NCBI GenBank assembly: GCA_965219995.1
Contig: CBDCOX010000002.1
Location: 3,424,001 to 3,488,000, forward strand
DNA: 64,000 nucleotides
Direction of reading: 5' to 3'
Origin: Candidatus Latescibacterota bacterium
Lineage (GTDB): Bacteria; Latescibacterota; UBA2968; GCA-2709665
Every line of letters starts with the position of its first letter. Within the stretch, counting starts at the first letter, position 1. Position numbers and translations under genes: made by a program. This document shows, piece after piece, positions 9,140-19,388 of the stretch. The notes beneath the pieces were generated by a model. The model was not told the DNA's origin. It ran no database searches and saw only the letters and a list, made by a program, of their open reading frames with translations.

Positions 9140-11839
9140 TCAGGATTCTTTCAGGAAGTTCCTGAGAACCGTGTGCAGAATGCCACCGTTCCGGTAGTAG
9201 TCGATCTCCACGGGCGTATCGATGCGCACCGTTGCGGCAAACGTGGTTGCGGCGCCGTCATCCGCCGTCGCGGTTACCGTTGCGTCCTGAAGCAGTCGCA
9301 GGTCGTCGCCGATTCCCTCGATATCGAACACTTCACCGCCCGTGAGTCCCAGCGACGCCGCGCTCTCGCCCTCCTTGTACTGGAGCGGCAGGACGCCCAT
9401 GCCCACCAGATTGCTCCGGTGAATCCGTTCGTAACTCTCGGCGATCACGGCCCGCACCCCCTGCAGCGCCGGCCCTTTGGCGGCCCAGTCCCGTGACGAC
9501 CCCGCGCCGTATTCCTTCCCGGCCAGTACGACCAGCGGAACCTCTTCCTGTGCGTAGCGAATCGCCGCATCGTAAATCGCCATCTGCTCGTCGCCGGGCA
9601 GATGTACGGTGACGCCGCCTTCGGTCCCGGGCGCGAGCAGGTTGCGGATGCGGATATTCGCGAACGTGCCGCGCACCATCACTTCATGATTGCCCCGCCG
9701 GGATCCGTACGAGTTGAAATCCTTCGGCGCAACGCCGTTTTCGATCAGGTACCGACCCGCCGGGCTGTCCACGGCTATACTGCCCGCCGGTGAAATGTGG
9801 TCCGTGGTCACCGAGTCGCCCACCATCACAAGCACACGGGCGCCATGGATCTCCCGGATGGGCGCCGGTTCCGCCGACAGGTCCCGGAAGAACGGCGGTT
9901 CCTGCACATAGGTGCTGTCCGCGTTCCAGGTATACAGCGCCGTTTCCTGGCCGGAAATGGCGTTCCAGGTCTCGTTGCCGTCGAATACATTGCTGTACTG
10001 CGTTTCGAACATCTCGGGTTTCAGCGCCTGTGCGATGGTATCGGAGATTTCCTCCTGGGTGGGCCAGATGTCCTTCAGGGTAACCGGATTTCCTTCGGTA
10101 TCCTCACCCAGGGGCTCGGTCGCCAGGTCCACGTCAACCCTGCCCGCCAGCGCGTAGGCCACCACCAGAGGTGGAGAGGCGAGGTAGTTCGCCTTCACGT
10201 GCGGGTTTACGCGCCCCTCGAAATTCCGGTTGCCCGAAAGGACCGATGCCGCCACCAGGTCGCCGTCGCGGATTGCCGCCACCACCGGCTCCGGCAGCGG
10301 ACCGCTGTTCCCGATGCAGGTCGTGCAACCGTATCCCACCGTGTGGAATCCGAGGCGTTCCAGGTAGGGCGTCAATCCCGCCGCATTCAGATATTCCGTC
10401 ACCACGCGGGACCCGGGCGCCAGACTTGTCTTTACGTACGAGGGCACCGCGAGGCCCCGTTCCACGGCCTTTTTCGCCAGAAGCCCCGCGCCCACCATCA
10501 CCGAGGGATTGCTCGTATTCGTGCAGCTCGTGATTGCCGCGATCACCACCGCGCCGTGTCCGATCCTGGCCCTGCCGTTGGCGGCCACGGTCAATTGCCT
10601 GGCGCGAACCGCGTCATCCACCCCGAACCCGTTGTGACCGACGGGAGACGTCAATGCCTGCTCGAAGCCCTGCTTCATGGCGTCCAGCGGCACGCGGTCC
10701 TGCGGCCGTTTCGGCCCGGCCAGACTCGGTTCCACCGAGCCCAGATCCATCTCGAGCGTTTCCGTAAACGCCGGTTCAGGCGTTTCGTCCGTACGGAACA
10801 GACCCTGCGCCCGGGTATACCGCGCCACCAGGTCGACCGCCGCCGCCGACCGGGCGGTGCGTTCCAGGTATCGCAGCGTCTCGTGGTCCACAGGAAAGAA
10901 TCCCACGGTCGCGCCGTATTCGGGCGCCATATTCGCAATGGTTGCGCGGTCTGCCAGGCTGATGCCGGACAGCCCCGTGCCGTAGAATTCCACAAACTTG
11001 CCGACCACCCCTTTTGCGCGCAGCATCTGGGTTACCGTGAGCGCCAGGTCCGTGGCGGTCGCGCCGTCGGGCAGACTGCCGTACAGTTTGAAGCCCACCA
11101 CCTCGGGCGTGGCCATATAGATCGGTTGCCCCAGCATGACCGCCTCGGCCTCGATCCCGCCAACCCCCCAACCCAGCACGCCGAGACCGTTGATCATTGT
11201 GGTATGCGAGTCCGTTCCGACCAGGCTGTCCGGAAACGCCCCGCCCTGCTGGCGCACAACGCCCTTCGCCAGGTATTCCAGGTTTACCTGATGGACGATT
11301 CCCGTGGCCGGCGGCACCACCTGAAACTTCTCAAACGCGTTGGCGCCCCACCGCAGGAACTCATAGCGTTCCCGGTTCCGCTCGAATTCGATCTCCGCGT
11401 TGATACGCAGCGCGTCGTGCCGCGCAAACCGGTCGACCTGGACCGAATGGTCGATGACCAGGTCCGCGGGAATCTGCGGCTCGATCCGCCGCGGGTCCTT
11501 TCCCATCCGCGCCATGGCCGAACGCAGCGCGGCCAGGTCGACCAGGGAGGGCACGCCGGTGAAGTCCTGCAATACCACGCGCGCCGGCATGAAGGGGATT
11601 TCCGTCCGGGTGGGCGCCGCCGCATTCCATCCCGCCAACTCCGCGGCATCGTCTTCGGTTACCAGATATCCGTCCAGGTTCCGCAGCGCGGCTTCCAGCA
11701 ACACCTTGATGGTGAAGGGCAATCGCGATACCGCGGCGACGCCGGCCGATTCCAGGCGGTCCAGCCGGTAAATCCATACCTCGCCAGCGGCAGTAGACAG
11801 TTTGTCGCGCAATCCGAAGGGATCGTTGATTTTACTCAT
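9140..11839 (-). CDS. acnA: Aconitate hydratase A
   Basis: [53 protein letters not shown]. Confidence 0.98.
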   Translation of the reverse strand: MSKINDPFGLRDKLSTAAGEVWIYRLDRLESAGVAAVSRLPFTIKVLLEAALRNLDGYLVTEDDAAELAGWNAAAPTRTEIPFMPARVVLQDFTGVPSLVDLAALRSAMARMGKDPRRIEPQIPADLVIDHSVQVDRFARHDALRINAEIEFERNRERYEFLRWGANAFEKFQVVPPATGIVHQVNLEYLAKGVVRQQGGAFPDSLVGTDSHTTMINGLGVLGWGVGGIEAEAVMLGQPIYMATPEVVGFKLYGSLPDGATATDLALTVTQMLRAKGVVGKFVEFYGTGLSGISLADRATIANMAPEYGATVGFFPVDHETLRYLERTARSAAAVDLVARYTRAQGLFRTDETPEPAFTETLEMDLGSVEPSLAGPKRPQDRVPLDAMKQGFEQALTSPVGHNGFGVDDAVRARQLTVAANGRARIGHGAVVIAAITSCTNTSNPSVMVGAGLLAKKAVERGLAVPSYVKTSLAPGSRVVTEYLNAAGLTPYLERLGFHTVGYGCTTCIGNSGPLPEPVVAAIRDGDLVAASVLSGNRNFEGRVNPHVKANYLASPPLVVAYALAGRVDVDLATEPLGEDTEGNPVTLKDIWPTQEEISDTIAQALKPEMFETQYSNVFDGNETWNAISGQETALYTWNADSTYVQEPPFFRDLSAEPAPIREIHGARVLVMVGDSVTTDHISPAGSIAVDSPAGRYLIENGVAPKDFNSYGSRRGNHEVMVRGTFANIRIRNLLAPGTEGGVTVHLPGDEQMAIYDAAIRYAQEEVPLVVLAGKEYGAGSSRDWAAKGPALQGVRAVIAESYERIHRSNLVGMGVLPLQYKEGESAASLGLTGGEVFDIEGIGDDLRLLQDATVTATADDGAATTFAATVRIDTPVEIDYYRNGGILHTVLRNFLKES

Positions 11840-11857
11840 AACAAACATCCTCAATAA

Positions 11858-11889
11858 GCGATCAGCTATCAGCCATCAGCAGTCAGCTA
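11858..11889. repeat. Short tandem heptamer tract (GCNATCA)
   Basis: GCGATCA GCTATCA GCCATCA GCAGTCA GCTA immediately upstream of the acnA RBS. Confidence 0.75.
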
Positions 11890-11944
11890 AACCGGATAGC
11901 GTTACTGCCTGGCGATGTCAATTGCGGACGTCAACGCCATTTTG

Positions 11945-11970
11945 AGGGCAACCACAAGGGTTGCCCCTAC
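11945..11970 (-). repeat. GTAG-type REP-like palindrome
   Basis: GTAG followed by GGGCAACC CTTGT GGTTGCCC hairpin. Confidence 0.7.
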
Positions 11971-12433
11971 AATACCAGGGACGGCGGAATTCATACCCCG
12001 TACCGAAAGAAGAGAGACAAGAGGAGGGTCTAACCAAATGCCCGCGTATGTGTCGCGTCACCGCAGCTCCTGGCCCGAAGGGATACTTAATTAATATATT
12101 ATATAATCTAAAGTTCGCAAGCAAGAATCGAACTGATGAATTGCGATGGCAATCAGAAAACCGATACGGAAGGACAAGCTTGTTTTCGTGCGGTTTCCCC
12201 ATTTCAACCTGACACGCCGCGGGCTTGCTTATCCGCGAACCGCTGTCCTCATCATTTAGACGCCAATCGGTCTACAATGTTATTTCCTGACCGGAGTACT
12301 ACCAGAGCAGAGCGCGCTGATCCGTCCAGCTACGCGGTTCGATGTTCCTCCGAGGGTGTCAGGGCAGAGGGTTACGTGCGTCCTGTAAGTGTGTTCGCGC
12401 TGTGCATATGGCAGGCCCCGCGCCCACGACAAA

Positions 12434-12690
12434 TGCGGTAAGACGTAAGAGGTTAGACGGTAGATGAAAGACCTTGTCACCAAATGCGGCGCGAAGTCAA
12501 AAAGGGATAGCGCCGAAACGCCAAATTCGATCATGTGGTCATGATCTTGAGATTGACACAACAGTGTCTCGAGGTTACCCGTGCCGAATTTTTCGCCCAT
12601 TTCGTTACGGCCCGGAAAACTAGCGGGCACTCATGTCATCTCCCGTCTTACGTCTTACGTCTACCCCGGTGGACGGGGTTGGGGGCAGGG
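12434..12690 (+). repeat. Heptamer-armed modular element, copy B (unrelated insert)
   Basis: Same left arm ending AGACGGTAGATGA and same right arm GGGCACTCA..TCATCTCCCGTCTTACGTCTTACGTCTACCCC, but a different interior. Confidence 0.8.
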
Positions 12691-12759
12691 AGACTTTACA
12701 TCGCGATTGAATTTATCTAATTTCAATACAATACAAAAGCGAATCGTTGTTATAGATTA

Positions 12760-12776
12760 TATTCCCGATTGGAATA
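12760..12776. promoter_or_regulatory. Putative LysR operator
   Basis: TATTCC-N5-GGAATA palindrome containing T-N11-A in an AT-rich stretch upstream of the LysR gene. Confidence 0.55.
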
Positions 12777-12841
12777 GATTTGAGCCGCGGGTGTAAACGT
12801 CCGGCGGTCGCCAGGATTCCAATTCCGGAGGGCGATGCGTA

Positions 12842-13729
12842 ATGATCGAGAACATAGAAACCCTGTCCGCGCTTGCCGAGGCAGGCACGATGACCAAGGC
12901 CGGAACAAGGCTGCGCATCACCCAGTCGGCCGTCAGCAAACGCATAGACGTACTCGAGAACGCACTGGGTCGAAAACTCGTCGAACCCGTCGGCAGACGC
13001 GTCCGCCTTACGCCCGCGGGCATCCAGCTGCTCGAGAAGACGGCGCCGTTCATGGCCGCGTTGCGGGAGGCCGTGGCGGACGAGTCCCCGGTTCAGGGCA
13101 GCCGCCTGGTAATCGGCATCTCCGAATCCATTCTTTCCGCCTGGGGTTCGCGCGTTCTGGCGGGCGTCGCTCGGGCTATCCCGCAGCTTGAACTCGTCAT
13201 CAATGCCCATCGAAGTCCGGTTGCCATTGACAATGTCCGCTCCGGCGAATACATGCTCGCGCTGTGCGCGGACATGGGGGGATACAGCGGCGACGTGAAG
13301 TCGGAGCCCCTTGTGGACGAGCCGATGGTCCTCGTGCCCTCGGGGCTGAAGCCGTTTCAGCTTCGCCGCGATACAACTCTTCCCGTCATCACCATCGAAC
13401 CCCATGCCGCGACCTGGCGGCACCTGGAACAGCAGATCAGGGCCCACGCCGGGAACTGGAACATCCGAATCGAAGCCGAACAGACCCTGCAATCCTTCGC
13501 GGGGATCGCCCAGTTGGCCCGGTGCGGATTCGGGCACGGACTCGTGCCGTTGGGCATCGCGAGAGCATTGGGCATTCCGGACACGGGGCTCATTCGATTC
13601 CCCGAACCCGGGCTCTCCAGGCCGATCGCACTGATCGGGCGCAGCACCACCTTCGCCCGTCCCATTGTCAGGACCTTTCACCGTATGCTCAGAGAAACCA
13701 TCCGCTCAAATCTCTCCGAATCATGCTGA
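12842..13729 (+). CDS. LysR family transcriptional regulator
   Basis: N-terminal wHTH (TMTKAGTRLRITQSAVSKRIDVLENALG..LTPAG); 295 aa. Confidence 0.93.
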   Translation: MIENIETLSALAEAGTMTKAGTRLRITQSAVSKRIDVLENALGRKLVEPVGRRVRLTPAGIQLLEKTAPFMAALREAVADESPVQGSRLVIGISESILSAWGSRVLAGVARAIPQLELVINAHRSPVAIDNVRSGEYMLALCADMGGYSGDVKSEPLVDEPMVLVPSGLKPFQLRRDTTLPVITIEPHAATWRHLEQQIRAHAGNWNIRIEAEQTLQSFAGIAQLARCGFGHGLVPLGIARALGIPDTGLIRFPEPGLSRPIALIGRSTTFARPIVRTFHRMLRETIRSNLSESC

Positions 13730-13747
13730 ATTCGTTCCTGTTTCAGC

Positions 13748-13776
13748 TTGCCATTCGGGCGCCGAAACCGTATTTT
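13748..13776 (+). promoter_or_regulatory. Sigma70-like promoter for gpmI
   Basis: TTGCCA-17 nt-TATTTT, 11 nt before the ATG. Confidence 0.45.
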
Positions 13777-13787
13777 CCGACCCCCCA

Positions 13788-15362
13788 ATGTCCAGTCCGG
13801 AACGACGTTTTGTCGCCCTGGTCATCCTCGACGGCTGGGGCCTTTCTTCCAACGAGGACCACAACGCGGTCGCGCTTGCCGAGACACCGGCGATGGACCG
13901 GATCGTCGCGATGTACCCGTCCACGACCCTGCAGACCTGTGGACGCAGCGTCGGTCTGCCCGACGGATTGATCGGCAACTCCGAAGTGGGGCATCTCAAC
14001 CTGGGCGCCGGGCGTGTCGTGATGCAGGCCGTCACCCGGATCGACGACAGGGTGAGGGACGGGGGCTTTTCGCGGAACGAGGCATTGCTCGCGTCGATGG
14101 ACCGGGTCGCCGGCACCGATCGACGCCTCCATCTGATCGGACTGGTGTCCGACGGGGGGGTGCATTCCTGGCCCAACCACTACAACGGACTGCTCAAAAT
14201 GGCCGCCGGCCGCCGGCTGAAGCCGGACCGGGTCTGCGTCCATGCGTGGCTCGACGGACGTGACACGCCGCCCAGGAGCGGTATCCGCCATCTGGCTGCC
14301 CTGGTCGAGATGTGCGAGGCGGCGGGCGTGGGCGGAATTGCCACGGTTTGCGGCCGCTACTTCGCCATGGACCGGGACCGGCGCTGGGACCGTGTTCGTT
14401 CGGCCTACGACGCCATGACACTCGGCCGCGGGGTGCGCGCAAGAGACCCGATCGAGGCCCTCCAGGACGCGTACAATCGTAGCGAGACGGACGAGTTCGT
14501 CAAGCCGATCATAATCGAGGGCCCGGATGGGGGGCCGCCGGCCACCATCGTGAACGACGACTCCGTGCTTTGCTTCAATTTTCGCGGCGACCGGGGCCGG
14601 CAGATCACACGCGCGTTCGTGCTTCCGGATTTCGACGGGTTTGGGCGGGAAGTACACCCAGGGGTACACTATACCTGCCTCACCCGTTACGAAGCCGGCC
14701 TGCCCGTGGACGGGGTCGCGTTTTCGCCAGGGGACCTGGCCCAGGAAATGCCGGACGTCTGCGGGAAGACGTTGAGCGAAGCCGGTCTCCGGCAGCTGCG
14801 CATTGCCGAAACAGAGAAATACGCGCACGTCACCTACTTCTTCAATGGCCAGCGTGAGGAACCCTTCGAAGGCGAAGCGCGTATCATGGTCCCCTCGCCC
14901 AGGGACGTGCCCACGTACGACTTCAAGCCCGAAATGAGCGCGTGGGCCGTCACCGGGAAACTCGTCGACGCGATCCGCTCGCGGCAGTTCGACGCCGCCA
15001 TCTGCAATTTCGCAAATCCCGATATGGTCGGTCATACCGGTGACCTGGCGGCGGCCGTCAAAGCCGTGACGACCGTAGACCGGTGTCTGGGGCAGATCCT
15101 TTCAGCCATCGGGCAAGCCGGCGGCGCCGCCATCGTTACCGCGGACCACGGCAACGCCGACCAGATGATTCACCACCGAACCGGGGAGCCTCACACCGCC
15201 CATACGGCCAATCCCGTGCCATTTGTTCTTGTCGATCCCGCGTTCCGCGGAAGGCTCAGAGACGGCGGCCGGCTCTGCGACGTCGCGCCCACCTTTCTGG
15301 GCGTACTCGGGCTTCCCAAGCCGGAGGCCATGACGGGAGACGACCTCAGAGAGATGACCTGA
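13788..15362 (+). CDS. gpmI: 2,3-bisphosphoglycerate-independent phosphoglycerate mutase
   Basis: ILDGWG, GNSEVGH, DGRD, AMDRD, AETEKYAHVT, NPDMVGHTG, TADHGN. Confidence 0.97.
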   Translation: MSSPERRFVALVILDGWGLSSNEDHNAVALAETPAMDRIVAMYPSTTLQTCGRSVGLPDGLIGNSEVGHLNLGAGRVVMQAVTRIDDRVRDGGFSRNEALLASMDRVAGTDRRLHLIGLVSDGGVHSWPNHYNGLLKMAAGRRLKPDRVCVHAWLDGRDTPPRSGIRHLAALVEMCEAAGVGGIATVCGRYFAMDRDRRWDRVRSAYDAMTLGRGVRARDPIEALQDAYNRSETDEFVKPIIIEGPDGGPPATIVNDDSVLCFNFRGDRGRQITRAFVLPDFDGFGREVHPGVHYTCLTRYEAGLPVDGVAFSPGDLAQEMPDVCGKTLSEAGLRQLRIAETEKYAHVTYFFNGQREEPFEGEARIMVPSPRDVPTYDFKPEMSAWAVTGKLVDAIRSRQFDAAICNFANPDMVGHTGDLAAAVKAVTTVDRCLGQILSAIGQAGGAAIVTADHGNADQMIHHRTGEPHTAHTANPVPFVLVDPAFRGRLRDGGRLCDVAPTFLGVLGLPKPEAMTGDDLREMT

Positions 15363-15406
15363 AAACCGCTCTGCGCCCCGACGCGGCGCACCCATGAGGA
15401 GACCCC

Positions 15407-16570
15407 ATGAAGATCCACGAATACCAGGCAAAGGAAATCCTCAAGTCGTATGACGTTCCCGTACCCGACGGCCGCCTTGCCGCCACGGCGGACGAGGCCG
15501 GAAGCGCGGCGGCCGAAATCGGCGGCGCCGTCGTCGTGAAGGCCCAGATTCACGCCGGCGGCCGGGGCAAGGGAGGGGGGATCAAACTCGCCCGGAGCCC
15601 GGACGAGGCCCGCCAATACGCCAGGGACATGCTCGGACGGAATCTGGTGACGCCCCAGACAGGCCCCGAAGGACAGAACGTCAAGCGTGTGTGGATCGAA
15701 TGCGCCACCGATATCGCCCGGGAACTTTATTTGGGCGTGGTGCTGGACCGGGACCAGTCCAGGCTGGTCATCATGGCGTCCAGCGAGGGCGGCATGGACA
15801 TCGAAGAAGTGGCCGCCGCCACGCCGGAGAAGATCCTCAAGGAGACCATCGATCCGGCGGTCGGGCTTCAGCCGTACCAAGCCCGCCGGCTTGCCTTCGG
15901 GCTCGGTTTAAAGAACGGCGCTTTCAAGCAGGGCGTGCGGTTTATCGACCGGTTATATGCCGCCTACATCGGAACCGACTGTTCCCTGGCCGAAATCAAC
16001 CCGCTCGTGGTCACCGCCGATGACAACCTTGTGGCCCTGGACGCCAAGATGAACTTCGACGACAACGCGCTATTCCGCCATGGGGACATTCGGAAACTCC
16101 GTGACACCGACGAGGAAGACCCTCTGGAAGTGGATGCCTCAAAATTCGATCTCAACTATATCAAGCTCGACGGCGAGGTGGGCTGCATGGTCAACGGCGC
16201 CGGTCTGGCCATGGCCACCATGGATATCGTCAAGCACGCGGGATCGTCCCCCGCCAATTTTCTGGACGTGGGCGGGGGCGCAAACGTGGAGCGGGTGGAG
16301 AACGCCTTCCGTATCCTGCTTTCGGACGCCGGCGTCAAGGCCGTGCTCATCAATATTTTCGGCGGTATCGTGCGTTGCGATCGGGTTGCCGAGGGGGTGG
16401 TCCAGGCACTGGGGAGTTTCTCGGTCAACCTGCCCATCGTGGTGCGCCTGCAGGGGACCAACGCCGAAGAGGGCGCGCGAATTCTGGAGCACTCGGACCT
16501 GAAATTCACGGTCGCCCGCGAGTTGAAAGAAGCGGCGGAAGCGGTTGTGGCGGCGGTTCGGGGACGGTGA
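15407..16570 (+). CDS. sucC: Succinate-CoA ligase beta subunit
   Basis: [45 protein letters not shown]. Confidence 0.97.
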   Translation: MKIHEYQAKEILKSYDVPVPDGRLAATADEAGSAAAEIGGAVVVKAQIHAGGRGKGGGIKLARSPDEARQYARDMLGRNLVTPQTGPEGQNVKRVWIECATDIARELYLGVVLDRDQSRLVIMASSEGGMDIEEVAAATPEKILKETIDPAVGLQPYQARRLAFGLGLKNGAFKQGVRFIDRLYAAYIGTDCSLAEINPLVVTADDNLVALDAKMNFDDNALFRHGDIRKLRDTDEEDPLEVDASKFDLNYIKLDGEVGCMVNGAGLAMATMDIVKHAGSSPANFLDVGGGANVERVENAFRILLSDAGVKAVLINIFGGIVRCDRVAEGVVQALGSFSVNLPIVVRLQGTNAEEGARILEHSDLKFTVARELKEAAEAVVAAVRGR

Positions 16571-16587
16571 AGAGGAAAAACCTGAGA

Positions 16588-16819
16588 GCGGTGAGACGGT
16601 AGACGTTAGACGGTAGATGACGTCTTTGCCCGACTGGTTGCTCCTCTATGCCTCCGGCAAGAAGTGAATCCGCACAGGGCAATAAAACCTGTTAGACGTA
16701 AGTCACGGTAGACGGTAGATGACGTCCTTGCCCGATTGGTTTCTGCCTTATGCCTCTGGCAAGATGTGAAACCACACGGGGCACACAATATCTCCCGTCT
16801 CACGTCTTACGTCTACCCG
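16588..16819 (+). repeat. Heptamer-armed modular element, copy C (two tandem cores)
   Basis: Cores with ATG at 16617 and 16719 (102-bp period), each preceded by an AGACGGT array; right arm TCTCCCGTCTCACGTCTTACGTCTACCC. Confidence 0.9.
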
Positions 16820-16859
16820 GTTTTCGCTAATGGCTGCATTCTTTGCAGCGACCTCTTTT

Positions 16860-16897
16860 TATATATGCCAAAATGGCATATATATGCAATAATGGCA
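16860..16897. promoter_or_regulatory. Tandem palindromic operator (candidate enhancer-binding protein sites)
   Basis: Perfect TATATATGCCA-AAA-TGGCATATATA followed by a degenerate TGCAATAATGGCA. Confidence 0.6.
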
Positions 16898-16976
16898 GAA
16901 TTCAGAGGAGCCCGGTCCAGTCACTGGAATTGGTATCTGTTTGTTTTTAATATATTTCGCTAGAATTCGCTGTCTA

Positions 16977-16992
16977 TGGTACTCATGTTGCT
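16977..16992 (+). promoter_or_regulatory. Sigma54 (-24/-12) type promoter for fmdB-like-dnaK
   Basis: TGGTAC-TCATG-TTGCT with exact GG-N10-GC spacing. Confidence 0.6.
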
Positions 16993-17049
16993 TCAATTGG
17001 GTTGTTGGTCCCATCACGAATCGGAAGCCTAAAGAATTGGAAGCCCCTT

Positions 17050-17343
17050 ATGCCCACGTATGATTACGTTTGTGAAGCATGCAGCCATGAATTCGAGCAT
17101 TTTCAGAGCATTACATCGTCTCCGTTGCGCAAATGCCCGGAATGCGGCGAGCGAAGACTGAAGCGGCTTATCGGCGCAGGGGCGGGACTCCTCTTCAAGG
17201 GCTCGGGTTTCTACATTACCGACTACCGTAGCGAAGGATATAAAGAGGCCGCGAAAAAGGACGCCCCGAAAGACAAGAAGAAAGATTCGAAAGACAAGAG
17301 CAGCAGTGGCAAAAAGTCCAAAAGCAAGGAAAAAGCGGCATAA
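17050..17343 (+). CDS. FmdB family zinc-ribbon protein
   Basis: [11 protein letters not shown]...CPECG...[11 protein letters not shown]; Lys-rich tail. Confidence 0.93.
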   Translation: MPTYDYVCEACSHEFEHFQSITSSPLRKCPECGERRLKRLIGAGAGLLFKGSGFYITDYRSEGYKEAAKKDAPKDKKKDSKDKSSSGKKSKSKEKAA

Positions 17344-17378
17344 ATCAAGCCGGAATCAACAGAGAGGAAGACAACTCA

Positions 17379-19298
17379 ATGGGCAAAGTTATCGGAATCG
17401 ACCTGGGGACGACCAACTCCTGCGTGGCCGTGATGGAGGGAGGCGATCCCGTCGTGATTCCCAATGCCGAAGGCGGGCGCACCACGCCGTCGGTCATCGC
17501 GTTCACCAAGGACGACGAGCGCCTCGTCGGTCAGGTGGCGAAACGGCAGGCCGTGACGAACCCCCAAAACACCGTCTATTCCATCAAACGCTTCATGGGC
17601 AGGCGCTACGAGGAAGTGCCCAACGAAATCGAGGAAGTGCCCTACGAAGTCCAGAGGGAGAGCAACGGTCTTGCTACCGCAAAACTCGGCGACACGACGT
17701 ACACACCTCCCGAGATCTCGGCCATGGTCCTTCAGAAAATGAAGCAGACGGCCGAAGAATACCTGGGCGAGACGGTTACGGACGCCGTGATTACGGTCCC
17801 GGCCTACTTTAACGACGCACAGCGCAAAGCCACCACGGACGCGGGGAAGATCGCCGGCCTGGAGGTGAAGCGAATCGTCAACGAACCCACGGCCGCGTCA
17901 TTGGCCTACGGCCTGGACAAGAAGGACGACGAGATCATCGCGGTCTACGATCTGGGCGGCGGCACGTTCGACATTTCCATTCTGGAACTGGGCGACGGCG
18001 TATTCGAAGTCAAATCCACCAACGGGGACACCCACCTGGGTGGGGACGACTTCGATCAGCGCATCATCGACTGGCTCGCGGACGAGTTCGAGCGGGAGAA
18101 CAACATCGACCTGCGCAACGACCCGATGGCGCTGCAGCGGCTGAAGGAAGCGGCCGAAAAAGCCAAATGCGAGCTATCCAGTTCTCTCCAGACGGACGTC
18201 AATCTGCCTTTTGTCACGGCCGACGCGTCAGGCCCCAAGCATATGAACCTGACCCTTTCCAGGGCCAAATTCGAGCAACTCGTGGAAGACCTGGTCGAAC
18301 GCACCAAGAGGCCGTGCGCCCAGGCGATCAGGGACGCGGGCCTGTCGCCGTCTGAGATCAACGAGGTCATTCTGGTTGGCGGCAGCACCCGGATTCCCAA
18401 AGTTCAGGAGGCGGTGAAGGAACTCTTCGGCAAAGACCCGAACCGGGGCGTAAACCCCGACGAAGTTGTTGCGGTGGGCGCCGCGATCCAGGCCGGCGTG
18501 CTTTCGGGCGACGTCAAAGACGTGGTGCTTCTGGACGTGACCCCGCTGTCCCTCGGTATTGAGACGCTGGGCGGCGTGATGACGAAGCTCATCGATCGCA
18601 ATACCACCATTCCAACCAAGAAGTCCCAGGTATTCACAACCGCTGCCGACAGCCAGCCTTCGGTTGAGGTGCACGTGCTTCAGGGCGAAAGGGAAATGTC
18701 GGTTGACAACCGAACGATCGGCCGGTTCCACCTGGACGGCATCCCGCCCGCGCCCCGCGGAACCCCCCAGATCGAAGTCAGTTTCGACATCGACGCCAAC
18801 GGGATCATGAACGTCTCCGCCAAAGACATGGGCACAAACAAGGAACAGAGCATCCGGATCGAGGCCTCGTCGGGCCTGTCCGACGCCGAAATTGATCGAA
18901 TGGTCAGCGACGCCAAGGAAAACGCCGCCGATGACAAAAAGCGGCGCGAAGGCATCGAAGTTCGCAACCAGGCGGATCAGCAGGTTTACCAGACCGAAAA
19001 GCAACTCGGCGAAATGGGCGACAAAGTCAGCGACGACGCCAGGGCCAAGGTGCAGGCCGCGGTGGACCGGGTGAAGGAAACGCTCAAGGGCGAGAACCCG
19101 GACGAAATCAAGGCGGCTACCGAGGCGCTCACCCAGCAGTGGCACCAGGTGGCGAGCGAACTCTATGCGCAGGCCTCGCAGGCGGGTCCGGAGGCCGGGG
19201 CGCCGGGCGGTCCGGAGCAGCCGGCCGGGGAACAGAAGACAGACGACGGCGTTGTCGACGCGGAATATGAAGTGGTGGATGACGACAAAAAGAAGTAA
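17379..19298 (+). CDS. dnaK: Chaperone DnaK
   Basis: [32 protein letters not shown] motifs. Confidence 0.99.
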   Translation: MGKVIGIDLGTTNSCVAVMEGGDPVVIPNAEGGRTTPSVIAFTKDDERLVGQVAKRQAVTNPQNTVYSIKRFMGRRYEEVPNEIEEVPYEVQRESNGLATAKLGDTTYTPPEISAMVLQKMKQTAEEYLGETVTDAVITVPAYFNDAQRKATTDAGKIAGLEVKRIVNEPTAASLAYGLDKKDDEIIAVYDLGGGTFDISILELGDGVFEVKSTNGDTHLGGDDFDQRIIDWLADEFERENNIDLRNDPMALQRLKEAAEKAKCELSSSLQTDVNLPFVTADASGPKHMNLTLSRAKFEQLVEDLVERTKRPCAQAIRDAGLSPSEINEVILVGGSTRIPKVQEAVKELFGKDPNRGVNPDEVVAVGAAIQAGVLSGDVKDVVLLDVTPLSLGIETLGGVMTKLIDRNTTIPTKKSQVFTTAADSQPSVEVHVLQGEREMSVDNRTIGRFHLDGIPPAPRGTPQIEVSFDIDANGIMNVSAKDMGTNKEQSIRIEASSGLSDAEIDRMVSDAKENAADDKKRREGIEVRNQADQQVYQTEKQLGEMGDKVSDDARAKVQAAVDRVKETLKGENPDEIKAATEALTQQWHQVASELYAQASQAGPEAGAPGGPEQPAGEQKTDDGVVDAEYEVVDDDKKK

Positions 19299-19317
19299 TC
19301 CATATCAGGAATAGAAC

Positions 19318-19359
19318 AGCGGAGGCGATCCATTCGGGATCGCCTCCGCTTTTTTGTTT
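19318..19359 (+). terminator. Intrinsic terminator after dnaK
   Basis: AGCGGAGGCGATCC-ATTCG-GGATCGCCTCCGCT followed by TTTTTGTTT. Confidence 0.9.
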
Positions 19360-19388
19360 CGGATATAGGCAGCGTATTCACGTCACGT

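Noticed and set aside
9797-11857. Long antisense ORFs (e.g. 9797-11857, 2535-4139, 35435-37054, 39484-41733)
   Set aside because: Shadows of well-conserved genes on the opposite strand in GC-rich DNA; no recognisable motifs.
12280-12630. 116-aa ORF in the acnA-LysR gap as the LysR target
   Set aside because: It runs through repeat arms (YRLTSYVLP is translated heptamer) and has no recognisable domain.
16588-16819. Repeat-spacer look of the heptamer elements as a CRISPR array
   Set aside because: The would-be spacers are homologous to each other, repeats are degenerate, there are at most two units per locus, and no cas genes are present.
16820-17049. CIRCE element upstream of dnaK
   Set aside because: No TTAGCACTC-N9-GAGTGCTAA match.
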